A stretch of DNA of 64,000 bases from Eledone cirrhosa (GCA_964016885.1 OZ024755.1:29574001-29638000); one strand, 5' to 3'; numbered from the stretch's first letter, positions 1-15,702 are shown. Notes: generated by a model not told the origin, from the letters alone. Program-made: numbers and translations.

Positions 1-51
1 GATAATGAAAGAGAGAGAGAGAATTGGGGAGAGACTGAAAGACTGAGAAGG

Positions 52-103
<52 letters not shown>

Positions 104-218
104 GGGGGGGGGGGTATACATACATACATATATATATATATATACATATACATACACACACATATATATATATACACATACATACACACACATACATATA
201 TATATACTACACACACAC

Positions 219-267
<49 letters not shown>

Positions 268-729
268 GAGAGTGTGTCTGCACATACATATATAGTATTA
301 CATTATATTTATATGCGATGTCAAAAGGATACTCACTGCTAGGATCTAGCGTGAAATGCAATCATTTCTCATGAGTCTTTTCTTTGATTTCTCATGTCAT
401 TATTGACATAAATGTCCCTTGTTTCTAACTATACTTTCAACTAATTTCTCTTATTTATTTCTATATTTATATATTCCCTGCTCTTTCCTCTCCATTGCTT
501 TATTTTTAGATATTTTTCCTCCGCATTCAATGATTGCCTGCCATCCCTTGTGTTCATAATTATGAATGATGACAACAGCAATTAACAAATGACCCACCTT
601 ACCAAAATGTAATTTGAACTAGCGTCACCTACGATCTTCTCGTCTTTTACTCCGTATTTCACTCAATTCAGTCAAAAACTGAAATCTTTCGTTAATTTAT
701 TTAGAAATATGTGATAGACGGACGAAGGA

Positions 730-2770
<2,041 letters not shown>

Positions 2771-2818
2771 TATGTTCCTTTATTAGCCACAGGGGCACAA
2801 CAGAAGGGGACAAATACA
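2771..2818 (-). mobile_element. Possible LINE 3'-terminal fragment with AATAAA
   Basis: Minus strand reads TTTGTCCCCTTCTGTTGTGCCCCTGTGGCTAATAAAGGAACATA and then runs into (TC)n; family assignment is by resemblance only. Confidence 0.3.
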
Positions 2819-3089
2819 AAGGGGGAAGTTTACATAGAATAAAACCGTGTAATCTCTAAGCGTGTACTGCCACCCTAAATGCTATAATGAATGTTGACCC
2901 ACAATATTTGCATATGTATCTGTATGTCTCTTGGGTGAAAAGGAGGTCACATAAGTGTTCATTCAATAATAAATTGCTCCGAAGAATCCAAACCTCGGTT
3001 TGGAGGAAACAGTTGTAAGCATAAAAATGTTTTGAACAGTTCTTTGATTATTATAATTCATATATATATATACATATTTATATATATAC

Positions 3090-3140
<51 letters not shown>

Positions 3141-3150
3141 CATATATATA

Positions 3151-3229
<79 letters not shown>

Positions 3230-3482
3230 ATACAAATAGTGAAAGCAATGAAATTAATTGAAATTTAATGGAATTTCATTGTTTTCACTATTTGTATTAT
3301 TTTGACTGTGCTTCCAAAGAATGATATCGTTGAAATTGTGTATTTTAAACGTTGCTTCACGACATCTACATACGGATTACACTGAGTTCTTCATACGGCT
3401 TCGACCCTACCATTAATATTGTGGATTTATCTGTGTATATATGTGTGTTTATATATATATATATAGAGAGAGAGAGATATAT

Positions 3483-3710
3483 ATTAGAAAGTGAGGTTTT
3501 TTTACAAATTGAAAAATAACCGAGGTGTCCTACACGAGTGAAAGTATAAAGAAAAAAAGATGAAATCGAAAATGCAACTGGAGCCTTACTTTTATTAAAA
3601 ATATATATATTTATTTGGTTCCTTTACCGGTTTCGCAGTTCTTCTGCTTTTCAAAAGTAGAGTTGAGATGGAGGGTCTGTGGTGTTTCTCACATCTGTGA
3701 GAAAAACCAC

Positions 3711-3712
<2 letters not shown>
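3483..3712 (-). mobile_element. Penelope-like (PLE)-derived mini-element, family C; related copy at ~7055-7285
   Basis: Shares GAGGTGT..ACACGAGT, GAAAATGC and TTTACCGGTT..GCTTTTCAAAA blocks with 7055-7285; flanked by (TA)n; ends in a hairpin at 3677-3712. Confidence 0.55.
3619..3660 (-). ncRNA. Minimal type-I hammerhead ribozyme motif, U3-A8 core variant
   Basis: Minus: ctt-TTGAAAA-gcag(aagaa)ctgc-GAAA-ccgg-TA-aag; palindromic stem III ACCGGT; stem I only ~3 bp. Confidence 0.5.
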
Positions 3713-3789
<77 letters not shown>

Positions 3790-3813
3790 TGTATATAAAT
3801 ATATATATATGAG

Positions 3814-3856
<43 letters not shown>

Positions 3857-3888
3857 TTATGTGTGCGTGTGTGTATATATATAATATA

Positions 3889-3936
<48 letters not shown>

Positions 3937-3973
3937 TACACATATATATACATACACACACACATACATATAT

Positions 3974-4019
<46 letters not shown>

Positions 4020-4027
4020 GCATACAC

Positions 4028-4102
<75 letters not shown>

Positions 4103-4411
4103 TATATATATATATATGGAGAGAGAGAGAGAGGGAAAGAGATAGAGAGGGCTACGTATATATACATCATATATATGTGTGTGTGTGTGTGTGTGTGTAT
4201 ATACTGTATATGTCTGTGCTGGTGAAGCGGTAGAGAGTAGATCTGGTTTTTAGGACGTCTGAATCATTACTATTGAAGAAGAAAAGTAATAATTGATTCA
4301 AAATAATGATAACATCTAGAGAAAATTATATTACCGATATAAATCGATTTAAAATAAAATACACATATATATGTATGTGTGTGTGTGTGTGTAAGTACAT
4401 ACATAAATACG

Positions 4412-4453
<42 letters not shown>

Positions 4454-4583
4454 GAGAGAGGGAGAGAGAGACAAAGGCAGATAGATATACAAAAGCACAA
4501 AGAAATTCATTTGCTCGCTCTCACAAAAATATATATGTATGTACGTACGTCTCTATGTATGTATGTATGTACTTGTGTAGGTG

Positions 4584-4625
<42 letters not shown>

Positions 4626-5149
4626 GAAAGAGAGAGAGAGAGAGAAAAACACATAAATATCATCCTTTGCCCACTCTCACAAAAATCAGTATACATCGAC
4701 ATATGTATAAGACGCATTAATCGTCGTAAAAATAATTTTGTCTCTTGGTAAAATAAGAAAAATTAAATATGTCTCTGAAACAGACAAAAAAAATAAGCTT
4801 AATATATAAATATGAGTATTATAAAGAATGATAGCAGATAAGCTAGTTTAGAATCAATGTTTTTTTATACTTTAACAGATATCTTATTTTTTACCATTAT
4901 AAGGTCCTCTCTGAAATCAATTTTATTAATTTAGCCGTTATATATACTTGTTGCACAAAGTTTGATGTTTCTTCTGTGAGATAAGATCAATAATTTTCCA
5001 GTTAACGTAGATTCCACGGAAAATCTATTAATGTAATGAAAGAAATCCTGAGTATTGACAAAGAATGAAAAACCCTGCCTATATAAACCTAATATTGGTC
5101 GTTTATTGCTCCAACCTTCTTTATCTCTGTGTATACGAATATGTGTGTG

Positions 5150-5193
<44 letters not shown>

Positions 5194-5202
5194 AACACAC
5201 AC

Positions 5203-5299
5203 ACATATATAATAAGTTGACGAGACTAGCATGGGTTTCTGTGTTATTACCGGTTGTATCTCAGCGTGTATATATATATATATATGTATATGCATATGT

Positions 5300-5346
<47 letters not shown>

Positions 5347-5408
5347 CGCTGAGATGCAACCGGTAATAGCAGTGAAACCCATGCTAGTCTCGTCAACTTA
5401 TTACATAT
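5203..5408. repeat. Fold-back inverted repeat (~65-bp arms) around a (TA)n spacer
   Basis: AATAAGTTGACGAGACTAGCATGGGTTTC...CTCAGCGT versus ACGCTGAG...GAAACCCATGCTAGTCTCGTCAACTTATT. Confidence 0.85.
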
Positions 5409-5456
5409 GTATGTGTCTGTGTGTTTGTGTATATATAAGTGTCTGTCTAATGTATA

Positions 5457-5657
5457 TAATGATTTCTAGTATAGGCACAAGACCAGTAATTTGGGGGGAG
5501 GGTATATTCAATTAAATCGACCCCAATACGCTACTGGTGCTTTATTTTACCGACCTCGTAAAAGTTAACCTCGGCGGAATTTGGACTTAGACCGTAAGGG
5601 ACCGTAACTCTATGCTGCACGGTGTCCGACTCTCAACCTATACTGCCAATCCACCAC
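5457..5657 (-). mobile_element. tRNA-derived SINE, diverged
   Basis: Reverse complement of the window's main SINE: head TGGATTGGCAGTAT, tail CTTGTGCC..AGAAA. Confidence 0.8.
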
Positions 5658-6068
5658 ACTTTTGTATAATGTATGTAATGAAAGAATTTGTTATCTGTAG
5701 TCCCTTATTTTTAAGTTGAAATTGAACACACCATGGCATTATATAGAAGAGTTCAGTCGATTCAAAAACTAATATTCCCTGAGTTGCGGTAAATAAAATT
5801 AAATAAAATTCTTTGCGGAATATATATTGTTGTTCTGCCTATTGAAAGCAAATCGATGTTACCATATAATTGGCAGGGTTTCTTCGGTGTCAGATTTTCT
5901 CTCTAATACAACTTATTGCGTCTATATCTACTCTGAGTTCAAATCCCAACAAAGTCGACTAACTTCATAGCCTTTCGCTGTCGATAAATACATGAGATAA
6001 TCTTTTGTGATGACATCAACATCATAAGTAGCTGTCCAAAGATGTCATCATGATATTATCTACTTATG

Positions 6069-6252
6069 GGCGGTGGATTGGCAGTATCGGTAGAAGGTCG
6101 GACGCCATGCTTTCCAGCATAGTTACGTCGCTTTACGATCTGAGTTCAAATCCCGCCGAGGTTGACTTTGCCTTTCATCCTTACGGGGTCGATAAAATAA
6201 AGTACCAGTAATGCACTGGATATTTGCTGGCCTTGTGCCTAACGTAGAAACA
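6069..6252 (+). mobile_element. tRNA-derived SINE, full length, 14-bp TSD
   Basis: A-box-like TGGCAGTATCGG, B-box GAGTTCAAATCCC, core GCCTTTCATCCTTACGGGGTCGATAAAATAAAGTACC; TSD ATTATCTACTTATG at 6055-6068 and 6253-6266. Confidence 0.93.
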
Positions 6253-6349
6253 ATTATCTACTTATGAGGCAGATGCAATGCGTATAAATGATAGCCCTAA
6301 GGATAAACATTTAAAGATTTCCAGCAATGGGAGGTCATATACATACATA

Positions 6350-6534
6350 ATTGTTTCTACGTTAGGCACAAGGCCAGCAATTACCCAGTGCATTACTGGT
6401 ACTTTATTTTATCGACCCCGTAAGGATGAAAGGCAAAGTTAACCTCGGCGGGATTTGAACTCAGAAGGGCAAGGGCCGTAACTCTATGCGTCAAAGCATG
6501 GCGTCCGACCCTCTCCCGATACTGCCAATCCACC
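6350..6534 (-). mobile_element. tRNA-derived SINE, full length with TSD
   Basis: Reverse-complement copy; GTCATATACATACATAA on both flanks. Confidence 0.92.
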
Positions 6535-6659
6535 GTCATATACATACATAATATAAAAGAGTAGAGCTTGAATGTTCCAGTCGAACCCCTAATAAAATAG
6601 AAACATAACAGAAAAGACATTGTGATATGGAACAAAGTAAAGACGGCATGCAGCGTAGT

Positions 6660-6990
6660 ATAAATCATCTGCCAGCAGATATCGTTATAATGCTAAAGAT
6701 CAGCCAAAACGGAGAACCTTTATGCAGCAATAATGATGAATCTGCAAATCTGCAAATATTTAGGAAGTTCCAAGTGCAGTCGATCAATGGAACTGGAAAA
6801 TTAAGAAAAACATTTCAGAAATTCAGCATGTAATAATTGCGTGTACACATATACCTCAAAACATACAACACACATACTTTAACACTAATTCCTACACATA
6901 CACACACAAACCCATCCTGGCATAGATACGTAGTTATCTAGTTGTTGTTATCTAAATTCCAATGAAATATTCTTGTTTAATACTTTGTCG
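6660..6990 (+). pseudogene. Internally deleted 3' fragment of an RLE-type (R4/Dong-like) LINE
   Basis: RKFQVQSINGTGKLRKTFQKF matches RKLQVQSINGTVKICKTFQK at ~42610-42670; 3' UTR also similar. Confidence 0.7.
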
Positions 6991-7372
6991 TGATTAAATG
7001 ATTGGAATTTTACCTTGCCTTCGGATTTTCATTTATATATATATATATATATATTTAAAAGAATAGAGGTGTAACACACGAGTTATGATATATTGGTAAA
7101 AGGAAAAGAAAATGCTGACAAATTGTTCCCAGTGAATAATAGTTTAATTAGGAATAAGTAAAAATTAGTAATAGTATTGGTTAGTATTCAGTTTTGGTTT
7201 TAAGTTTTACCGGTTGCGCATTTCTAATGCTTTTCAAAAATAATTTTGAGATAGAGCGCCCGTGATGTTTGCTCTAATCTCTCTATATATATACATATAT
7301 ATAAACACGTCTTTACCAGCAGAATATTAGTAAAATCTTTTGTAGCAATAATCAAGACGTAATAAAATACAT

Positions 7373-7410
<38 letters not shown>

Positions 7411-7414
<4 letters not shown>

Positions 7415-7600
7415 AACAAGTAAGACCCCGACGGCTGAGCTCAAGCCGTTTCGACGGCTAATTCTGTCAGAATCAGCCGTCGAAACGGCTTGAGCTCAGC
7501 CGTCGAGGTCTTACTTGTTCCTATTACCCACTCTACTACCCCAAGTATTGAGTACTTTGGTGCGTTATGGTCCACCTGGTTCCTTACCACATTTCCTTCG

Positions 7601-7602
<2 letters not shown>
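7411..7602 (+). mobile_element. Palindromic mini-element family A (~57-bp arm hairpin plus ~80-bp tail) in (TA)n
   Basis: Hairpin 7410-7524 plus tail TTACCCACTCTACTACC..CCACATTTCCTTCG; eight copies in the window. Confidence 0.9.
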
Positions 7603-7659
<57 letters not shown>

Positions 7660-7664
<5 letters not shown>

Positions 7665-8010
7665 TTCTATATGTAAAAGTTCTATTTAAATTGTTGGGAT
7701 ACAACAAGCAAATATGTTTATAACTGATATAAAGCACTCAACAAATAATTGGAGTAAAAATACGATATTAACAAATGGAAACTATATTTATAAAACCATA
7801 TTTATTTCATTATACATATTTCACTATCCGGGAGCTTCCAACAGTAATGGTTGCATTCTTTAAGGGTATGTCAATATTTATTTATAAAACTGGTCTATAT
7901 TATATTTTATCTGATGGAAGCACACCATAATTTAACTTGGTGTCCTTGAAATATGTATAATGAAATAAATATGGTTTTATAAATATAGTTTCCATGTGTT
8001 AATATCGTAT
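7660..8010 (+). mobile_element. PLE-like mini-element family D with inverted arm and mutated HHR (CTGATGG at 7911-7917)
   Basis: 7761-7823 is the reverse complement of ~7947-8010; homologous to 48520-48700 and 52123-52262. Confidence 0.75.
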
Positions 8011-8027
8011 ATATATACTTCTATACT

Positions 8028-8093
<66 letters not shown>

Positions 8094-8257
8094 TAAAATA
8101 ACACATTAATATTTGCTCTACGGTTACTATATATTTGATATATATTTATCCTTATCGAGCCCTCTTTGGATTTTAGTCTTCAAATTTATTATTATTACTA
8201 TATATATATAAGCAAATAAATGATTTAAACTGAACTTTGATTGTTGTAATCTCTATA

Positions 8258-8418
8258 TAACTGCTCTGTAAAACAACCGATGTCATTACATTGAGCTATT
8301 TATCTTACTGGTAATAAGATAGTAATTAATTACTATCTTTCACTATTTAGGGTTTGTATAATAAATATATAACCATAAAAGGTTTTATTACATACATAAC
8401 CATAAATAGTATCCTTAA

Positions 8419-8424
<6 letters not shown>
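8258..8424. repeat. Dispersed repeat, inverted homolog at 16346-16515
   Basis: ATAACTGCTCTGTAAA..GAGCTATTTATCTTACTGGTAATAAGATAGT..TATCCTTAATACTA matches the reverse complement of 16346-16515. Confidence 0.8.
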
Positions 8425-8458
<34 letters not shown>

Positions 8459-8511
8459 GTAAGTATGTGTGTATACGTACATACATATATGTATACAGAC
8501 GTACAGTAGCA

Positions 8512-8585
<74 letters not shown>

Positions 8586-9026
8586 CAGGTACACATACAT
8601 ATATGCACGTATCAGTTTAGCGGACGCTTATTATAACGCCGCTTTGTTCGTTTGTAAACAAACGACTAAGAGTGAGAAATGAAATTTCGTTTTCATTTTA
8701 TTTCAACTTATATATATATATATATATATATATCCAATGTATTTTCATTACTTCTTGATTATTGCTACAAAAGATTTTACTAATATTCTGCTGGTGACGA
8801 CGTGTTTTGAAAAATGGGTGACAAGGAACGACGTGTATATATGTTGTTTACAAGTATACTTAGAATGTCTTCATAGTACATATTCAAACATGATTGACGC
8901 TAAGTTGATACGTTCAACAGATAATCTAGACGAAATAATTAAATATAGGAAACGAAAATAATAGTGTAGCGAAGATAAAATAATATATAATATATACAAA
9001 CACACGTACATATGTGTATGCATGTA

Positions 9027-9096
<70 letters not shown>

Positions 9097-9298
9097 GTGT
9101 ATGTGTTTGTGTGTGGGCAAAACATAATAGAACAAACTAGATTTTACACACTTATTCCTACGCATACACGCCCACATACTCATACACATATATACATGTA
9201 TACATATATGTATATATATATATATTTATATATATGTGTGTGTGTGCGTGTATAAATATATATATATATGTGAATATAAATATGTTGTTGTCTTTATA

Positions 9299-9345
<47 letters not shown>

Positions 9346-9523
9346 ATGTTATGTATATATATGTGTGTGTGTGTGTGTATGTATATATATATAGGTGTAT
9401 ATATATATATGAATATATATATATACATATGTGTGTGTGTGTGTGTGTATACACGTGTGTCTGTACATGTATACGTACATACATATATACGTACATACAT
9501 ATATTTATATATATATACATATT

Positions 9524-9599
<76 letters not shown>

Positions 9600-9600
9600 C

Positions 9601-9637
<37 letters not shown>

Positions 9638-11387
9638 TAGAGATAGAGAGATAGATTTAGATAGAGATAAATGTATATGTGTGCGTCTGTGAGTGTATGG
9701 GTGTGGTGGTTGATGTGTGTTTTTATGTGTGTGTTTGTGATTTGTCTTTAATCATATTTTTCTCTTATTTTTCATTTTAGATGACTATATGTTTTGCCAT
9801 AATGCTTAAATGAATCATCTTAACAGGAATCTAATTTTAATGTACTTTTGCTATAAACCGATATTTTAAATATACATTAACACAATTTACATATGCATAG
9901 CATGCAACGACTCGAAGTATTCAATATATGAGAATATAATTGTATAAATTAAGTTTTAAATGTTGCTATTCTAAAAAATACACGTTGTGTATGATTTTCA
10001 AAATATTTCTTATGGTATTCGATACTTGCTGTAAACTTTCACCTCGTCACTGAATGTGTGTGGAATGACTGCATGGTAAGCAAACTTGAATTTCTTTATA
10101 GAATATTATTAAATTTTCATTCTGTCAAGCTGTTCATATTTCACTTACAGGGGAAATGTATCAAAGCTTCATCAAAGGATTTTTTAACGAATGAAGAAGC
10201 GTTATGACTATTAAAAAGGAATAACACATACGCTGCTGTATCATGCATTAGTGAGAAATCGGAATTTATTTCTCTACAAATATGTTTAGGTACTGGAATG
10301 TTTGATTATCATGTTTTTCTTCGGTTTTATTCTCAGGAGGTACATATTACGAGAGAAATTCTTCATAGTACATTAACACGCTAAAAATAGTTAATTTTCT
10401 TTCGAATCAATGCCAACATCTTAATCAAAGGTTGAATAAGGATGTTCTAGATAATTCTGAAAATACCCAACACACAAAACCTCGAATAATACCTTTGCTC
10501 TATCAATATTGATGTGAGAGTCAACATTATCTATGCTACATTCATTTAAAGAGATATATATTTCAAACTTTGCAACAGTTGTTATCGTGTAGTTAAAGGT
10601 GGTAAGTCGGTGCAGAGTATTCAATAAAGGAGCTTCCAAACTCGTAGGAGAAAGGGAAGGAGCAACTAAAACAAAGCTTTCTGCAGTAATTATCATCCCA
10701 TTATGTTATAGATGTATACACATACAAGTCCTTTGCATTGATTCAACTCAAGCAATCCAAGTACCCCGTTGTCATGTTGTCATATTAAACAAAAGAAGAA
10801 TTAAATCCGACAACTATGCAAGTAATTTCTTATTAACTAGCTGTTTAACTGTCATCCCCGACAAAGCCTAAACATTATGATTAAGGCCTTTTAATCATGG
10901 TTATCCCATTTCTTTTATGGTTAGTGACTGCAGTATTGAATATTTCCTTATTTTAGTTAAATCAATAGAATTAGATTGGACGTTCATTTAGCTTCTAAGC
11001 AGTTTGGGGGACAGAGTCGAGGTTACATATTTCAGATGGAGTAGTGTCAAAATCAATAGTAAGGTGAACCCACTGCTTCACTACAATATTTATGGTCCTT
11101 TAGGCTCTGAGTTTACATCCCACTGAGGGTAATTTCGCATTATCCTTATGAAGTCGACATGATAAAGTATAAGTAACGTACTGTAGTCGGTTTGGTTAAC
11201 TAATAACATAGGGATACTATGTAAGAGATAATATTTAATTGCCTGTCAATAAGTTCATTCATCGTCTAAATCCTATAAGGATTAACATTCTATGGTCAAT
11301 ACCCTCCATTTCCAGTCATGTCCTGCGGCTGGCTTAATCGACCACAAGTTCACATTAATTTGTGGTCTTGTGGCAACCAAGCCACAA

Positions 11388-11530
11388 TTATAGAGTTACG
11401 GCCCTTGCTATTCTGATTTCAAATCCCGCCGAGGTTAACTTTGCCTTTCATCTGTATGGGGTCGATAAAATAAAGTACCAGTAATGCTCTGGGTAATTGC
11501 TGGCCTTGTGCCAAAAGTAGAAACAATTAT
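11388..11530 (+). mobile_element. 5'-truncated tRNA-derived SINE
   Basis: B-box region, core and tail of the main SINE. Confidence 0.88.
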
Positions 11531-12526
11531 TAGCTAGTGTGGGAGAATCATTAACAGTGGCATCTTGTATTATATTGTGACGTCACTTTCATTTATTAGT
11601 TCAAATACCATTGGGTTATAAGGTGATTCCTATTTCGTTATCCGATATATGCCATACCATGAAGCGGATATCTTCCAATGCAGCCAAACTTGTGGGGGAT
11701 GGCCCTTAATACATTATGAATATCATGTCTCTGGAAGTGATATCCGTAGCATACGTAGCGGTCCGATAGCAAGATACATTTAGATTCCGATAGGTGGCCA
11801 TTTACCACTACCACCACCACTACAGGACCTATATATAGCTGACCAAAGCAACAATCCAGCCACACAATTATTTCTAAAACGGTTTATATCAATGAGTATG
11901 ATAAAACAGATGTGAAATATATAGAATATGGAGATACAGTTTCGATCGGTTTTCTGTAACTATACAGACTGTTTTGCAATGACCTGAAAATTTCAGTACG
12001 ATCCACGACTACGTAAAATTCTATTCTTAAACAGATTCACCATATCATGTAACGTATTCTACATCTCAATTTTATATAATTGTTTCCATTCCTGTATTAC
12101 TAGAGACTGGATGTTTTCCATTTTGTTTGATATTGTTTATATGACAACAGACACTCCGTCGCTTATCAAGTAACCGCTTTTAAAAAAATGTCAGAGTCAA
12201 ATATATACGTCTCGTCTGAAGCAATACACTATAAGATTTACAATTATGGCTAGTGTACTTAGTAATGTCAAAATATAACATTTACTTGATTTGACATCCA
12301 GAATATATAGAATGTATGTAAACGTTACAGGTTTATAATACTCTTTTATAAACCTTGCTGCAGAGGTTTTATACAATAACAAACTCTATTGAATCGTTTC
12401 AGCATTTGAACGTGATCCAGAGAAAATTATATTGATTGAATGGATGTTTGGATTCACTAAAATAATTCTATACTTTGACATTATTTGTCATTGATTTGAA
12501 TCAGCAACGAATGTTGAAGTATTATA

Positions 12527-12710
12527 ATAATTGTTTCTACTTTTGGCACAAGGCCAGCAATTACTCAGTGTATTACTGGTACTTTATTTTATCGACCCCG
12601 TAAGGATGAAAGGCAAAGTTAACCTCGGCGGGATTTGAACTCAGAATGCCAAGGGCCGTAACTATATGCATGCGTCAAAGCATGGCGTCCGACCCTCTAC
12701 CGATACTGCC
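12527..12710 (-). mobile_element. tRNA-derived SINE
   Basis: Near-complete reverse-complement copy. Confidence 0.92.
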
Positions 12711-13295
12711 ATAATGACGGTAGTTTACAATAATTATAACTTAGACCCAACAGGAATCTTTCTGAATCGTATACTTGTATACATCAGGATTGTAACTAAT
12801 GACAGATCTCTACAGATACACATGTCACTTTCAAAGATGTTCTAATAACAAATGTCACTTGTACTTTTACGCAAAACATATCTTCAGCTATATATTGAGC
12901 CGGGGCGTTATAGGAGTTTTCATTTTATTACTCTGGTGAAAACGATGGGTCTCTATTATTCATATCAGACTTGTAATATGGAACAAACTCATTCATTCCA
13001 ATCTTGTGGAGATTGTCTTGCAATAAGGGATCATAACTCCAAGTACCATTGCTAATCCGTAATATTTTTGTCATAGACATTTGTTAAGTACAATTCACCA
13101 GAGAAAATATCATTTATAAGACTTATGTCGTAAAAAATAAGATATTATTTTCGACATTGAAGTGGTTCAGTCAAATTAGCTATAAACACTGCAAAGTAAT
13201 ACTTAACGGGATTCATTTGTGATCATGAAAATTACCTATTTCTGACAAGTGTTTTAATGGTTCAGTTTTATCATTGGTTCACATCTTGACAGGTT

Positions 13296-13626
13296 CAAAA
13301 CCTGACAAAGGCGGAAGAACTTATAAATAAAAGAAAATCCTGCCAAATCCATGGGTGGCAGTAGTTCCAGCTGCATGCATCGAAAGACTGGTGTAGTGAT
13401 TCTGAGAACAACGTGGCTTTGCAGATGATCAATGCAAATTGACAATGGAAAGGCGCTCCTGCTCGAGCTAGAAGAGAACTAGTGACCTTCAGGAAACGCA
13501 GCGACTCCTGATTGTATTCAGCAACCGAAACAAATATGAAGTACACCAAATCCAATGCTCCTAGGGGCGGCCTTGGTTCTTCCTATTTGCGAATGTAAAC
13601 TCGGCCAGATTAGATTAGATTAGATC
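13296..13626 (+). mobile_element. Retroelement 3' module with (AGATT)n tail; homolog of 39935-40241
   Basis: About 290 bp shared with 39935-40241; ends CTCGGCCAGATTAGATTAGATTAGAT. Confidence 0.8.
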
Positions 13627-14279
13627 AACCCTTGCTATATTATAACTTTTCTCTTGGATTAACAACGTCGGCCAATCACACAATTTTAGAAAACATTTTA
13701 GTAGAAAACATTTACCCATAGAAGAGTGATCCAATTTTCTGAAAATGTTTAAGCCTAGTTGCATATGAAAACATCCGAGATTTCTAAGTATACAATGTGA
13801 GAATAAATCAAGAATTAATCAAGAATAAATAAAACTAAAATTATAGCACAAAAACGCACGGGACATACTTTTGGAGTAAATAGACAGAACTGTAAGAACT
13901 GCAGCAATCTGTGAAGTGTACATATTTGATGATGTTAACGAAATCAAACGTCTTCCATTTTAAATGTTTTCATTACAACAGTATAAGCAGACATTAAATA
14001 TAGACAATCTCTAAGGATTATAATAAATGCGATAAAACGGTAGCGAGAAGATTGAGGAGCTAAATTTTAGGAAGCTGATACGTCATTCAAGATATTGGAA
14101 ATCCATTATTTATATTCAATTAAAAATACGTTTATGACAAAATTGAAATTGCTATAAAGTTTTCCTGTTTTGAAGAGTGTTTCTTTCTCAAAACAGAAAT
14201 ATATAATATTATGTTGTGTTTGAATCGTTTGTCTCTCACTACACAAATCTTCCTCCATCTCGATCTCTCTTTCTAATAC

Positions 14280-14358
<79 letters not shown>

Positions 14359-14359
<1 letters not shown>

Positions 14360-14562
14360 AGGAAAACAGTCAGGACCCCGTCGGCTGAGCTCCAGCCGTT
14401 TCGACAGCTAGATCCGAAAATCGTTCGGATCTAGCTGCCGAAAAGGCCGAAGCTCAGCCGTCGGGGTCCTGACTCTTTTCCTATTACCCACTCTACTACG
14501 CTAAGTATTGAGTACTCTGGTGCGTTATCGTCCACCTGGTATCTTACCACACCTTCTTTGTT
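14359..14562 (+). mobile_element. Palindromic mini-element family A, divergent subfamily
   Basis: Same tail; inner stem CAGCTAGATCCGAA/TTCGGATCTAGCTG. Confidence 0.85.
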
Positions 14563-15096
14563 ATATATATATATATATGACAAAGTTATATCTGTATAAA
14601 TGCAGTGTGTGTAACCGGGGCTGCATCATGATGTATAACTATACTACACATCTAATATTTAGGGGAGTAAAAACGCCAGAGAATACGAATTACCCTCTAG
14701 ATTAAGAAAATGATAAACACATTGAATCAATTTTTACTTTATGGGGGCAGAATCATCAACCACATCTTCCAGCCGGTCCTGTCAGATATGGCCGTCTCAA
14801 ATTAATCCACCTTAATCCTCAAACCTAACCAGCCGAGTCCCCGGAGGAAGCACAACATATATATATATAACCCCTTACCGCTACAAATACATATGTTGTA
14901 TACTCATGTGATCAGATGTATGGCAGTTCGTTTTAGTCGAAAAAATACCTTAGAATATGAGGGTCTGTTGCTTTCGCTCCGATTCACTTCACTTCACTTT
15001 AGTACCTTAAGAGCCCGATAAACGAAAACCAGGTAAAGTACTGAGTTAATATAATGTACTAAAATCTCTTACATGTGATTGAAATCAATTAATTTA

Positions 15097-15252
15097 GCTG
15101 TGAATTGGCAGAGTCGTCGGAACGTCGGATAGAATAATTTGCGGTTTTCTTTCTGACAATCTGCTGAGTTCAATTCCCGCCGAGGTCAACTGTGCCTTTT
15201 TATCCATTTGAGGTCATTAAAAAAAGTACTAGTCAAATACTGGAGTCGATTC
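15097..15252 (+). mobile_element. Old tRNA-derived SINE (other subfamily)
   Basis: TTGGCAGAGTCG, GAGTTCAATTCCCGCCGAGGTCAAC, AAGTACTAGTC. Confidence 0.7.
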
Positions 15253-15618
15253 TCACTTCCATTATCTCACACTCTATCCATCTCTGGAAGAAATGTTCAG
15301 TATTCAGAACTGGGGAGGATATGTGCTTTGCAAGGCTTGAACATTTCTTAGACACATTGTATATTATTACGATTACCTTACGACTACCTCAGGAGTTATA
15401 GGACCATGCATGCATAAACATTCTGTTCAATCAGAGATTTACCCCGTCTGTTGCTGGCCAAATCACTAGCGTAAAGCAACATAAGTGTTGATCCAGATAT
15501 ATAATGCCACTACCTAGCTTTGAAACACTCTGCACTCTCCAGCAGGCACCCGTTTATCATACGTAATGCATTCAATATTCTAGATGTAAAATGATTTTTT
15601 ATCAAAGTAAATAGCTGC

Positions 15619-15702
<84 letters not shown>

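Noticed and set aside
6069-6252. SINE heads as tRNA genes
   Set aside because: A/B boxes present but no cloverleaf; fused to SINE core and tail with TSDs
7411-7602. Family A palindromes as CRISPR repeats or bacterial terminators
   Set aside because: Dispersed rather than regularly spaced, no spacers or cas genes, eukaryotic context
12339-12475. Exon-like segment on the minus strand (also 10151-10283 and 34870-35053 on plus)
   Set aside because: Stops in all three frames; no protein motif
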